From NCBI GenBank assembly GCA_017417215.1, contig JAFPZP010000090.1, positions 294-64,293 on the forward strand: DNA of 64,000 nucleotides, given 5' to 3'. The position numbers were made by a program, and so were the translations under genes. Below, piece after piece: positions 43,857 through 53,056 of this stretch (the first letter of the stretch is position 1; every line of letters begins with the position of its first letter). Below the pieces are notes generated by a model that did no database searches, was not told the DNA's origin, and saw only the letters and a program-made list of their open reading frames with translations. Source of the stretch: Candidatus Rifleibacteriota bacterium (lineage in GTDB: Bacteria > Muiribacteriota > Ozemobacteria > Ozemobacterales > Ozemobacteraceae).

Positions 43857-46800
43857 ATGCTAAAAAGACTTTCTACATGTTTTTTTGTTGTGTTTTTTGC
43901 CATTTTTTGTTGCAGCAGTCTTTGGGCTGACACAGCAAAAAAGGTAACTAACACAAAGGTATTAGCCGTTGATACTTTCTTTAATTCAGGAAGTAGCAAA
44001 GGCGTAATGATTACTCTGGACCAGAAGGTCCCTGATTATGATTTAAGAAAACAAATCAGAATCACCCCATCTATCGGTTATTTTACTATCGACAGATATT
44101 GGCATGAAACTCAAGGCAAATACAGAGTTTATGGTAAATTTGTCGGCGGTAAAGAATATGAAATAAAGGTTGTTGGCGGTCTTACTAATGAAGGTGATTA
44201 TAATATAGCTCCTTTCTCTAAGACTATTACTGCAGCAGAAGCAACTTCTGAAATGAAGTTCCCAACAGACTGCTCTATAGTAGAACTTCACAGCAAACAG
44301 GCTGTTCCTTTAAAATTCACACATGTTGGCAATTTTAAAGTTGAATATCAGACTTACCCTGCAATTTGTTCTCCATTTGTAACAGATGCTCTTTCTGTAG
44401 ACCCATTGGTTGATGAAAAAGATTACAATAGCTCTACAAATAGATATGTTTCAAAAGAAGATGAAGACAGAGTAAAGAATTATGCTGATAAGTATGACGC
44501 AATTTTTAAAGAATTCAAGGATGATGTGGAAGCTTTAAAAAAGTTTACAGGATCAGTTCCTAATCTTTCCGATTTCTTAAATTCTGAAATTTCTGTAAAG
44601 ACTCAGACTTTCATGGGTTCTGAAAATCCTGATGATGAATACTATTTCTCATTGCCTTTAGACATCAGAACTAATCCTGAAAATGGCGGAGTTGTTGTTG
44701 CAAAAGTATCAGAAATAGACAAAGCTAATCCAACTACAGCTATGAGAGCTTTCCAGGTAACCGATATGGCTATTACCTATAAGTTCGGCAAGAAAGAAAT
44801 GCTTGTATGGGTAACTTCACTTGAAACAGGCAAACCTCTTGCAGATGTAGCCGTAATGATTCGTGATTTAACAAATGCTAAGCTTTATTTCCCTGGCAGA
44901 ACCGATAAAGATGGTTTGTTAAGAGTTAATACAGATACTGATTATAAGCATTTGGTAATTACTGGTAAATCAACATTTGAAGCTGGTTCAAGCAAACTAA
45001 ATATTGCTGATCTTGATGCCGTAACTGTTGCTACTCAGAAAGACAGTGCATCAATTGCTCTCGATAGAAACAGACTTTATTCAAATGTTTCTATGTCTGC
45101 ACCAGATATGAGAAAGCTCGACAGCATTCGTGCTTACGCTTTCACTGAACGCGGTGTTTACAGACCTGGTGAAACTGTTTATTGGAAAGCAGCTTTCAGA
45201 GAATACAACAACGATAAAGTTGTTATTCCTTCTAGCGATGTTAAAGCTAACGTTGTTATATTCAACGCTCGCGGTGACATGGTTTATGAAAAGCAGCTTC
45301 CACTTACTGCTTATGGTACTTGTGCAGATTCTTTTGAAACCAAGAGCTTTATGCCAAGAGGTTCTTACAGAATCGAAGTTGCAGCTATTCAGGCTTCTAA
45401 GAATTTTGGTAGTCTTGGTAAACAAGACCCCAAATGGGATAGATTAATGCAGCGCAAACCTGCTGTTGAAAATGAAAAGCTTCAGCAGAATCCTGGCAAG
45501 ACTGCAGAACAGACTACTACAAATACTCTTTATACTTGTAATTTCCAGGTTCAGGATTTCGAAGCTCCACGTCATTTTGTAGACATGGAAATGACTTCTT
45601 CTACTCGCAAGATTAGACAAATCGTTGGCCGTGATGCTGATCAGGCTTTCATGGATTGTAAGGTCATCGGTAAATACTATGCTGGCGGCGTTTTAAGAAA
45701 CTGCAAAGTTCAGTGGTCTGCTTATCTCACTGAAAAAGATGCTGCTAACGGTAAATACCCCGGTTTTTGCTTCGGCAACAACGATATTAAGAAAGAACTT
45801 CTTGAACAGGGTAACTCAGTTCTCAACAATAATGGTGAACTAGTTATTTCTCTTCCAATGTCTAAGGCTGTATTAAGCGGTCTCAATCAGATTGAAGTTA
45901 CTGCAACAGTTCTTGATATAGATGGAAAACCAGCAACCCTTGTTAAATCCTATGCTCCAGTTCCTGCTGTAAGAGTTGGTATCTCTAAGGTTCCATCTTC
46001 TGTTAACAGTGGTGCTGATTGTCCAGTTCAGGTTATTGCTATTGATAACAGTGGCAATAAGATCAATGCTGGTACTGTTACTCTTGAAGTAATGCGCAAA
46101 AAGTGGATGTACACTCAGAAGCGTGCTGCTGATGGTAACGGTGGTCTCTATTACAACTGGGAAGAAGCTTGGATAAAATCTTATAATTATACTGCAAAAA
46201 TCAATAACGGCGCTGCTGACTTTATGCTTGCTTTCCCAGAAGGCGGCGATTATTTACTTAGAGCATACTATGTAAATGGTCAGATTGAAGCTGTTTGTGC
46301 TCAGAAAGTTATGATTGAATATTCTTATTCAAGCTATCAGGATGTTGCTAAGAAAGACAGAAGCAGAAGCACCAATGAAATTTTCCTGGCACCAGATAAG
46401 AATAATGTAGCTGCTGGCACACCAGTAAATATCAAATACACATTACCAAGAATTTGTGACTACGCTCTTGTAACCGTAGAAACTGATGAAATCGTTGATG
46501 CTAAGGTTATTAAGCTCAACGGTGCTTTTGGCGAATTCACTGAAACTCTTACTGATAAGTGCAAGCCAAATGCATTTGTAAGCTTTATAGCTCCTTCAGT
46601 CCGCAGCGGTTTCCCAATTTATTCTATCGATTCTGATACTGAATATCCAAGAGCTTATTTTGGTTTTACAAGCTTAAAAGTTCAGAGCAGCGTTGATTCT
46701 TTAAAGATTGCTGTTGCTCCAGAAACTAGCGATGAATTAAAGGCTCTTCCTGGCCAGGAATATAAAGTTAACTTCAAGATTACTGACGAAAAGGGTAATC

Positions 46801-49109
46801 CTGTAAGTTCTGAAGTAGCTGTTGGCGTTGTAGATGAATCAGTTCTTGCTCTTACTGGTTATGTAACTCCAGTTCTTACAAGCTTGAGCAACTTCTTTAT
46901 GCCATTAAGCATTTTCTCTGGTGACCTTCGTGTAGGTCTTATCAATCAGGAACTCTTCAAGCTTCTCTCTACTAGAATCCTCACTGGTGGTGGTGAAGGT
47001 GTTGGAAATATCAGCTCTGACTTGAATGCCCGCAAGGATTTCAGACCAGTAGCATTCTGGAAACCTGATTGCGTAAGTGATGCAAGTGGTAATTTAACTG
47101 TTGATTTCAAGCTTCCCGATACTATGACTTCTTATCGTATTTATGCTGTAGCAAACGATAAAGGCTCTAGTTACGGTTCTGCTGAACGTCAGCTCAGAGT
47201 TACCAAAGATTTCTATATCGAACCTTCTGTTCCACAGTTCATGACTGCTGGTGATAAGGCAGTTGTTGTTACTGCTGCTCATAATAAAACAGATAAACCT
47301 GGAACTGCTAATATAGCTGTTGCTGGTTCTGAAGGCGTAACTGCTAATGTTCAGACTGGTAGCGTATCTGTTGGCGGTTTCAATACTGCTGTATCAAAAG
47401 TTGTTCTTGATGCAGACAAGGGTGCTTTAACTGCTAAGCTCGTTATGAAGGGCGATATGAATGGAAATACTGATGCTGTAGAAAACAGCATTCCTGTAAA
47501 TCCTGCTTCAATCCTCTTTAATAAATATGGTTTCGGTTTCTTCAAGGGTAAAGAATCTGTTAAGGCTGAAATTCCTGCTTATGTTGGTTCTATGAGCCAG
47601 ATTGACAAAGCTGGAACAATGAAAGCTCACCTTACTCTTGCTGCTACTCCATGGACAAGACTTGTTCCCGCTGTTTCTTACTTAATGGATTATCCACACG
47701 GCTGTGTTGAACAGACTTCTTCTAGAATCATCGGTCTTGCTGCAATTAGAAATATTGCTAAGGAAGGTTACTTCAAAGAATTCTCAGTTGCAGAAGTTGA
47801 TGCTTACTTAAAGAACGGTCTTGAACATCTCCTTAGAATGCAACTTACCAGTGGTGGTTTCAGCTATTGGACTTCTGAACCAAATGTAAGCTGGTGGGGC
47901 ACTCAGTATGCTGTTTATGCTCTTACAATGCTCAAAGAATCTGGCTATGAATATGACAACGTATATCTTGCCGGTGCTTTGGATTACGTTAAGAACCAGA
48001 TGTTCAATAACAGCAATGTCAGCACATTCAAGAGTCCAGTAATGGCTCTTGGTGTTGTAGCACTTGCTATGAACAAGAAGATTAATGCTGCTGACCTTCA
48101 GACTTTGAGAAAGAAATTCCCAGCTGGCGATAAGGAAGCAGAAAGCATGCTCAACTATGCAGAATGCTTCGTTGGTGAAAAGTCTGCTGACTCTATTAAA
48201 TTCAAACTTTTGAGTCTCAAGCCAATGGCTATGGAAAAAGGCGGTTGGGGCAAATCTAATGTCCGCCGTGATGCATTTGTTCTTTTGACTAATGCTCAAA
48301 TTGGTGGCAGCTCTAAGATTTCTGACAACTTTGCCGGTAACCTCTTCAAGAATCTCACCGACAAAGGTTATTGGACTTCTACTGCTGATACTGGTATTGC
48401 TTTGAATGCTCTCGCTGCTTACTTCAAGACTCAGAAACCAGTTGAAGACAAGAACTTCACTGTTAAAGTCACTACTAATAAAGGCACTAAGGAAGTTACT
48501 ATTGGTAAGGCTCCTGAAAGTGTTGAATTAACTGCTGACGAACTCAATGGAGAAATTAAGCTTGATGCAGCTACTAACGCTGTAGTTAACTACAACTTCG
48601 CTTATACTTATCCTGATATGGTTGGTCGCAATGAACCAGTTGACAAGGGCTTCATGCTTCAGAAGACCATTGAAAACATGAACGGCAGCAAAGAAATCAG
48701 AGTAGGTGACATTGTTAAGGTTACTTTCATATTTGAAAAGACTAACAATAAAGGTTCTTACGAATACTTAGTATTGGAAGACCCGATACCTGCTGGTTTC
48801 ACTGCAATCAATACTTCTTTGAAGAACGATGCATTACCTGCTGATGTAAGTTCAGAAGATGAAGAAGCTTACTGTGGTTACTACGATGGCTGCTGGGATT
48901 TCTATGCTTCTCATAAGGAACTCAGAAAAGACGCTATGGTAGCTTACAAAGACTACTGCTGGAGCGGACGCTACAAACTGGTATATTACCTCAGAGCTAC
49001 TTGTGAAGGTTCATTTGTAATGAAACCATCAAAAGCAAGCTTGATGTATGATAATGATGTATACGGTTTAAGCAAAGCTTCTAAGGTAGAAATACTTCCT
49101 GCTAATTAA
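43857..49109 (+). CDS. Bacterial alpha-2-macroglobulin (thioester-containing, YfhM/ECAM type)
   Basis: About 1750 aa. Signal/lipobox-like MLKRLSTCFFVVFFAIFCCSS. Thioester motif in YPHGCVEQTSSRI. MG-domain-like repeats. GGAGG RBS before ATG 43857. Confidence 0.9.
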   Translation: MLKRLSTCFFVVFFAIFCCSSLWADTAKKVTNTKVLAVDTFFNSGSSKGVMITLDQKVPDYDLRKQIRITPSIGYFTIDRYWHETQGKYRVYGKFVGGKEYEIKVVGGLTNEGDYNIAPFSKTITAAEATSEMKFPTDCSIVELHSKQAVPLKFTHVGNFKVEYQTYPAICSPFVTDALSVDPLVDEKDYNSSTNRYVSKEDEDRVKNYADKYDAIFKEFKDDVEALKKFTGSVPNLSDFLNSEISVKTQTFMGSENPDDEYYFSLPLDIRTNPENGGVVVAKVSEIDKANPTTAMRAFQVTDMAITYKFGKKEMLVWVTSLETGKPLADVAVMIRDLTNAKLYFPGRTDKDGLLRVNTDTDYKHLVITGKSTFEAGSSKLNIADLDAVTVATQKDSASIALDRNRLYSNVSMSAPDMRKLDSIRAYAFTERGVYRPGETVYWKAAFREYNNDKVVIPSSDVKANVVIFNARGDMVYEKQLPLTAYGTCADSFETKSFMPRGSYRIEVAAIQASKNFGSLGKQDPKWDRLMQRKPAVENEKLQQNPGKTAEQTTTNTLYTCNFQVQDFEAPRHFVDMEMTSSTRKIRQIVGRDADQAFMDCKVIGKYYAGGVLRNCKVQWSAYLTEKDAANGKYPGFCFGNNDIKKELLEQGNSVLNNNGELVISLPMSKAVLSGLNQIEVTATVLDIDGKPATLVKSYAPVPAVRVGISKVPSSVNSGADCPVQVIAIDNSGNKINAGTVTLEVMRKKWMYTQKRAADGNGGLYYNWEEAWIKSYNYTAKINNGAADFMLAFPEGGDYLLRAYYVNGQIEAVCAQKVMIEYSYSSYQDVAKKDRSRSTNEIFLAPDKNNVAAGTPVNIKYTLPRICDYALVTVETDEIVDAKVIKLNGAFGEFTETLTDKCKPNAFVSFIAPSVRSGFPIYSIDSDTEYPRAYFGFTSLKVQSSVDSLKIAVAPETSDELKALPGQEYKVNFKITDEKGNPVSSEVAVGVVDESVLALTGYVTPVLTSLSNFFMPLSIFSGDLRVGLINQELFKLLSTRILTGGGEGVGNISSDLNARKDFRPVAFWKPDCVSDASGNLTVDFKLPDTMTSYRIYAVANDKGSSYGSAERQLRVTKDFYIEPSVPQFMTAGDKAVVVTAAHNKTDKPGTANIAVAGSEGVTANVQTGSVSVGGFNTAVSKVVLDADKGALTAKLVMKGDMNGNTDAVENSIPVNPASILFNKYGFGFFKGKESVKAEIPAYVGSMSQIDKAGTMKAHLTLAATPWTRLVPAVSYLMDYPHGCVEQTSSRIIGLAAIRNIAKEGYFKEFSVAEVDAYLKNGLEHLLRMQLTSGGFSYWTSEPNVSWWGTQYAVYALTMLKESGYEYDNVYLAGALDYVKNQMFNNSNVSTFKSPVMALGVVALAMNKKINAADLQTLRKKFPAGDKEAESMLNYAECFVGEKSADSIKFKLLSLKPMAMEKGGWGKSNVRRDAFVLLTNAQIGGSSKISDNFAGNLFKNLTDKGYWTSTADTGIALNALAAYFKTQKPVEDKNFTVKVTTNKGTKEVTIGKAPESVELTADELNGEIKLDAATNAVVNYNFAYTYPDMVGRNEPVDKGFMLQKTIENMNGSKEIRVGDIVKVTFIFEKTNNKGSYEYLVLEDPIPAGFTAINTSLKNDALPADVSSEDEEAYCGYYDGCWDFYASHKELRKDAMVAYKDYCWSGRYKLVYYLRATCEGSFVMKPSKASLMYDNDVYGLSKASKVEILPAN

Positions 49110-49116
49110 TAGCAAA

Positions 49117-49158
49117 GCAAAATAAAAAACTCCCCGAAAGGGGAGTTTTTTATTTTGC
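49117..49158. terminator. Strong bidirectional terminator after the A2M gene
   Basis: Perfect 19-bp stem: gcaaaataaaaaactcccc-gaaa-ggggagttttttattttgc. Confidence 0.85.
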
Positions 49159-49259
49159 TTATTTCATCAGATTAAACTAATTCAGCATTTAAAATTAATG
49201 ATAAAAGGCAAAAAAGGGGGATATTGCAATTACTCAAAATTCTGATATAATTAATCTAG

Positions 49260-49289
49260 AGTGTGCAAATGGTGGAACATTTGCACACT
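49260..49289. other. Perfect 12-bp hairpin just downstream of the mini-ORF
   Basis: agtgtgcaaatg-gtggaa-catttgcacact. Confidence 0.7.
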
Positions 49290-49304
49290 GAGATTAATTT
49301 CTTG

Positions 49305-49370
49305 TTAGTAAAGCTTTGTTGCGACTAACAGCATTGCTATCACCAACAAGAGAATCAGAACTTTTTTCAC
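49305..49370 (-). CDS. 21-codon hydrophobic mini-ORF (candidate small membrane peptide / type I toxin-like)
   Basis: Minus strand: AAAGGGGG, 6 nt, then GTG AAA AAA GTT CTG ATT CTC TTG TTG GTG ATA GCA ATG CTG TTA GTC GCA ACA AAG CTT TAC TAA = (M)KKVLILLLVIAMLLVATKLY. Too short for the ORF track. Confidence 0.35.
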   Translation of the reverse strand: MKKVLILLLVIAMLLVATKLY

Positions 49371-49563
49371 GCTATACCCCCTTTCTTGCCACAAGGACTG
49401 TATAGCATACGAAAGCCTCTTGTAACTTGCTATACCTGAGTTATCAAGAGACTTTTGTTTTTTAGATTCACTTGTTAAAGAACTATCAACGCTTTAATAT
49501 TCACATATAGTAATCAATCGAAAACGGAAAATTGGACAAAAAACTTTGAAAATCTTTGAGTGC

Positions 49564-49577
49564 GTGAAAAATTTCAC
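49564..49577. promoter_or_regulatory. CRP/FNR-like palindrome upstream of pbpC
   Basis: GTGAaaaattTCAC (cGTGA-N6-TCACa), about 165 nt upstream of the pbpC ORF start. Confidence 0.25.
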
Positions 49578-49638
49578 AAGTAATGGTTGGTTTTTCTTGT
49601 CCTTAAGCCTCACCTCAAGTGGAAGTTTTAAAATTTAT

Positions 49639-49687
49639 CACCCATCACCCATCACCCATCACCAACCACCAACCACCAACCACAACA
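49639..49687. repeat. Heptanucleotide tandem array (7 units)
   Basis: cacccat x3, caccaac x3, cacaaca. The complementary gtgatgggtg lies at 49701-49710. Confidence 0.9.
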
Positions 49688-49740
49688 ACATTAGTAAGTA
49701 GTGATGGGTGCTCTAAAAAAATGGTCTTTCACAGCAAAGA

Positions 49741-52104
49741 GTGATATACTGCAAACATTCTTTAAGATTGTCTTTGGTGGCAGAAGTGAAAGCTCGCTTA
49801 AAAAAGATACTTATAGGTCTAATAATCTTTTCCTTTGTAATGGTTGTAGTATGGCTATTACGCAGTTTTTACCTACCTTATGTTTGCGAAGACCCTTTCC
49901 CTTTATTAGAAAAGCATTTTGCTACTGGTGGGGCTTACACCGATAGAAATGGCAGAATCTTAAGAATTGTTTCTGATGAAAGAGAGGCTATTTCTTTATA
50001 TATTCCCTTAGCTAGTCATACTCAGGAACTAATAGATGCTGTTTTGTTGGCGGAAGACAGGGGCTTTTACGACCATGCAGGTGTTTCGCCTATGGCAATT
50101 ATGCGAGCCGCTTGGCAGAATCTTACTAATAATAGAATTGTTTCAGGGGCTTCAACTATTTCTCAGCAGTTAATCAGAGTTATCAAGCCAAGACCAAGAA
50201 TCCTTTCTACAAAGATTTCGGAAGCATTAATGGCTCTAAGACTTGAATTGAAGCTTTCCAAAAAAGAGATACTAGAAAGATATCTGAATTCGGTATCTTT
50301 ATTCAGTAATGTGTGCGGTATGCAGGCAGCATCTTTACTACTTTTCAACAAGAATCCATATATGCTTAATCTTGCGGAAAGTGCGACCTTAGCCGCTGCT
50401 ATTCAAGCTCCTGGGCGTTTCGATCCATTTACAAAAAAGGGAAATCTGGCACTAACAAAACGAAGAAACTGGGTTCTTGCCGAGATGTTGAAAAATGGCA
50501 AGTGTAGCAAAGAACAATATGAAACTGCTATAAAGCAGATTATTCCTACTTATAGAAGGAAACTCCCATTTAATGCTCCTCATTTTTGCGATATGCTTCT
50601 ACAGCAGAAAGGCAAGCCGGTTGGATTAGTTGCTACAACCATAGATATGAACCTTCAAAATAAGTTGCACGAAATCCTTAGTGCGCATAAATCCAGATTG
50701 TTTAGAAGCGGTGCCAAACAGGCCTGTGGCATGATTGTGGATGCTTCTAACATGAATATTCTTGCTATGGATGGCTCTTTTGAATACGGACCTATCAGCA
50801 ACGGCTTCAATAACGGGTGCTTGGCAAAGCGTTCTGGTGGTTCAATATTGAAGCCTTTTTTGTATGCTCTTGCTTTTGAAAAAGGCTATTATCCTTCTTT
50901 TGTAATTCCTGATACAATGCAAGTTTTTAAGACTCTTCAAGGCGATTATCACCCTGATAATGCCAGCAGAAAGTCTTATGGCCCTGTTTCAATAAGATTG
51001 GCCTTAGGAAACAGCTTGAATATTTCCGCAGTAAAAATGCTGAATATTCTTGGTATCAAAGTCTTTTATGATTTCGTTGTTGATCTTGGAATCTTAAACT
51101 ATGAAGAGAAAGCGGCAGACCATTTCGGGTTGGGACTGGCCATTGGGAACCCTGAAATAAGAATGTATGATTTGATTCCTGCTTATGCAATGCTGGTTAA
51201 TGGCGGTAATTTAAGACCATTAACCTATATTCCTGATGAAAAAGTATCTTCTAGAAATATTATTTCATCAGAAACTGCCTGGCTTGTGTTCGATGTGCTG
51301 GCAGACCCTTCAGCAAGACTTTTTACTTTCGGTAACCCGGCTTGTTTCAGAAGCGAATCCAGATTTATGATAAAAACTGGAACAAGCACAGACTATCGTG
51401 ATGGATGGCTGGTTGCCGGAGATTCCAAGTTTATTATAGCTTTATGGTCTGGGAATTTTACAGGGGCTCCTACAAGAGGTTTGAGTGGTGCTGTAGCCTG
51501 TGGACCGATTTATAAAGATATTGTTGATTATCTTGAAAAATTATATCGCTGTCATGAGCCAGTAAAGCCTAAAAGAGTCAAAAAGCAGAAAATATGCTCT
51601 TTCTCTGGAAAGCTGCCTAATGGCATTAACTGCCCTTTAACTGGTATGGATTATTTTGTAGAAGATAATATGAATCCAGGAATCTGCACTTTCCATAAAG
51701 GGGAAGGGGACTATCACTCTTTGTCAACAGATTATGCAAGCTGGCTGCAGCATCGAAAAATGCTTACTGATGTTGACCCTTATCAGCTTGAAAAAGTGGA
51801 AAGAAAGACTGTTATTTCGGCGGATAATAAAAAAGAAACTATTGCAGATGTTGCTTCTATCAAGATTTTATCACCCTATGAAGGTGACAGATATGTAATC
51901 ATGCCTAGTCATGAAAACCTCTGTCACTTGAGAGCCTTGCCTTCTCAGGCGGTTGATGAAGTAATATGGATAGTTGATGGTTATGAGTTTGAACGTTCAA
52001 AGACCCCTTATGAGGCTTATTGGCCGTTGGTGAAGGGAAAGCATACTATATGTGCTATGACAGATGGGGATATAGCTTCTGAAGTTACTATTTATGTAGA
52101 ATAA
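49741..52104 (+). CDS. pbpC: Penicillin-binding protein 1C (bifunctional transglycosylase/transpeptidase)
   Basis: GT51 motifs EDRGFYDHAGVSPMAI and GASTISQQL; transpeptidase SGGSILKPFLYALAFE (SxxK); PBP1C-type C-terminal domain. Start is uncertain (GTG at 49741, 49777 or 49786). Confidence 0.85.
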   Translation: MIYCKHSLRLSLVAEVKARLKKILIGLIIFSFVMVVVWLLRSFYLPYVCEDPFPLLEKHFATGGAYTDRNGRILRIVSDEREAISLYIPLASHTQELIDAVLLAEDRGFYDHAGVSPMAIMRAAWQNLTNNRIVSGASTISQQLIRVIKPRPRILSTKISEALMALRLELKLSKKEILERYLNSVSLFSNVCGMQAASLLLFNKNPYMLNLAESATLAAAIQAPGRFDPFTKKGNLALTKRRNWVLAEMLKNGKCSKEQYETAIKQIIPTYRRKLPFNAPHFCDMLLQQKGKPVGLVATTIDMNLQNKLHEILSAHKSRLFRSGAKQACGMIVDASNMNILAMDGSFEYGPISNGFNNGCLAKRSGGSILKPFLYALAFEKGYYPSFVIPDTMQVFKTLQGDYHPDNASRKSYGPVSIRLALGNSLNISAVKMLNILGIKVFYDFVVDLGILNYEEKAADHFGLGLAIGNPEIRMYDLIPAYAMLVNGGNLRPLTYIPDEKVSSRNIISSETAWLVFDVLADPSARLFTFGNPACFRSESRFMIKTGTSTDYRDGWLVAGDSKFIIALWSGNFTGAPTRGLSGAVACGPIYKDIVDYLEKLYRCHEPVKPKRVKKQKICSFSGKLPNGINCPLTGMDYFVEDNMNPGICTFHKGEGDYHSLSTDYASWLQHRKMLTDVDPYQLEKVERKTVISADNKKETIADVASIKILSPYEGDRYVIMPSHENLCHLRALPSQAVDEVIWIVDGYEFERSKTPYEAYWPLVKGKHTICAMTDGDIASEVTIYVE

Positions 52105-52120
52105 TTATAAGACCCCTTTC

Positions 52121-52191
52121 GGCACTTCGTGCCACTTCCCCCACCGTTCGTGGGGGCAGATCTTCTGGTCACAGCCAAGCTTTGCTTGGCT
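52121..52191. repeat. Hairpin cluster between pbpC and mrp (modules of the palindromic-element family; acts as terminator region)
   Basis: ggcac-ttc-gtgcc; cccccac-cgttc-gtggggg; agccaagc-ttt-gcttggct (overlaps the mrp stop). Confidence 0.65.
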
Positions 52192-53026
52192 ATCCGATAA
52201 TCTTGTCGGCTATTTCAGAGAATATTTTGCCAGTTTCGCTCTTGGCGTTAGTAAATGCAAAAACTTCGCCTTTATCGCAAGACTGACCTATTTCTGGTTC
52301 TATCGGGATTTTCCCTAAAAGAGGAACATTAAATTCTTTTGCCAGTTTTTCGCCGCCGCCTGTGCTGAATATGGGGGTAAGAGTCTTGCAGCATGGGCAG
52401 ACAAAACCGCTCATGTTTTCGATGATACCTTCAACCTTTACATTCATTACTTTGCAGAAATTTAAAGATTTACGAACATCTGCAGCAGAGACTTCTTGCG
52501 GAGTAGAGACTATTATAGCAGAAACTTTGCCTGTGATTGTTTGGAAAACGCTCAAAGGTTCATCGCCTGTGCCTGGGGGAGCATCTACTATTAGGTAGTC
52601 TAGTTCGCCCCATTCAACATCGTTTATAAACTGGCCAATGGCACCTATTTTCATCGGACCACGCCATATAATTGCATCATCTGGGTTTTCTAGCAATAGA
52701 CCAACTGATATTACTTTTATTCCTGCTTTTTCTACGGGGAAGAGCTTTTCTCCGTTAGACATAACATGTTCTTTTTGAAGATGGAGCATTGTTGGAATGC
52801 TGGGACCATGTATATCAACGTCTAGAAGGCCAACATTTTTGCCTTTTAAAGCTAATGAAACTGCTAGATTTACAGAAACAGTGCTTTTGCCAACACCACC
52901 TTTGCCAGACATTACGACTATGGTATTTTTCAAATATTTGCTGTTATCTGGTTTTGGTGGCTGATTTTTGCTTGGGCAGCCTGAAGCACTTGAACAGTTT
53001 GAACAATCATGTGAACATTCGCTCAT
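52190..53026 (-). CDS. apbC: Mrp/NBP35/ApbC-family Fe-S cluster carrier ATPase
   Basis: Deviant Walker A SGKGGVGKST; CPCC motif (FVCPCCKTL); N-terminal Cys-rich segment CSHDCSNCSSASGC. Confidence 0.85.
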   Translation of the reverse strand: MSECSHDCSNCSSASGCPSKNQPPKPDNSKYLKNTIVVMSGKGGVGKSTVSVNLAVSLALKGKNVGLLDVDIHGPSIPTMLHLQKEHVMSNGEKLFPVEKAGIKVISVGLLLENPDDAIIWRGPMKIGAIGQFINDVEWGELDYLIVDAPPGTGDEPLSVFQTITGKVSAIIVSTPQEVSAADVRKSLNFCKVMNVKVEGIIENMSGFVCPCCKTLTPIFSTGGGEKLAKEFNVPLLGKIPIEPEIGQSCDKGEVFAFTNAKSETGKIFSEIADKIIG

Positions 53027-53056
53027 TGTTTTTCCCTTTCGATGTAATAAATAGGG

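Noticed and set aside
49425-49472. Plus-strand terminator ctcttg..caagag followed by a T-rich run
   Set aside because: The stem is only 6 bp with a 22-nt loop, and there is no upstream gene for it to terminate.
49110-49740. tRNA, tmRNA, RNase P or other known RNA gene in the long spacers (also 14088-14609 and 24797-25258)
   Set aside because: No T-loop (GGTTCGAAT-like) or cloverleaf and no recognisable conserved RNA motifs were seen by eye. A covariance-model scan would be needed to exclude them fully.
49701-49946. 81-aa ORF upstream of and overlapping pbpC
   Set aside because: It starts inside the heptamer-complement sequence, overlaps the pbpC N-terminus in another frame, and has no recognisable features.
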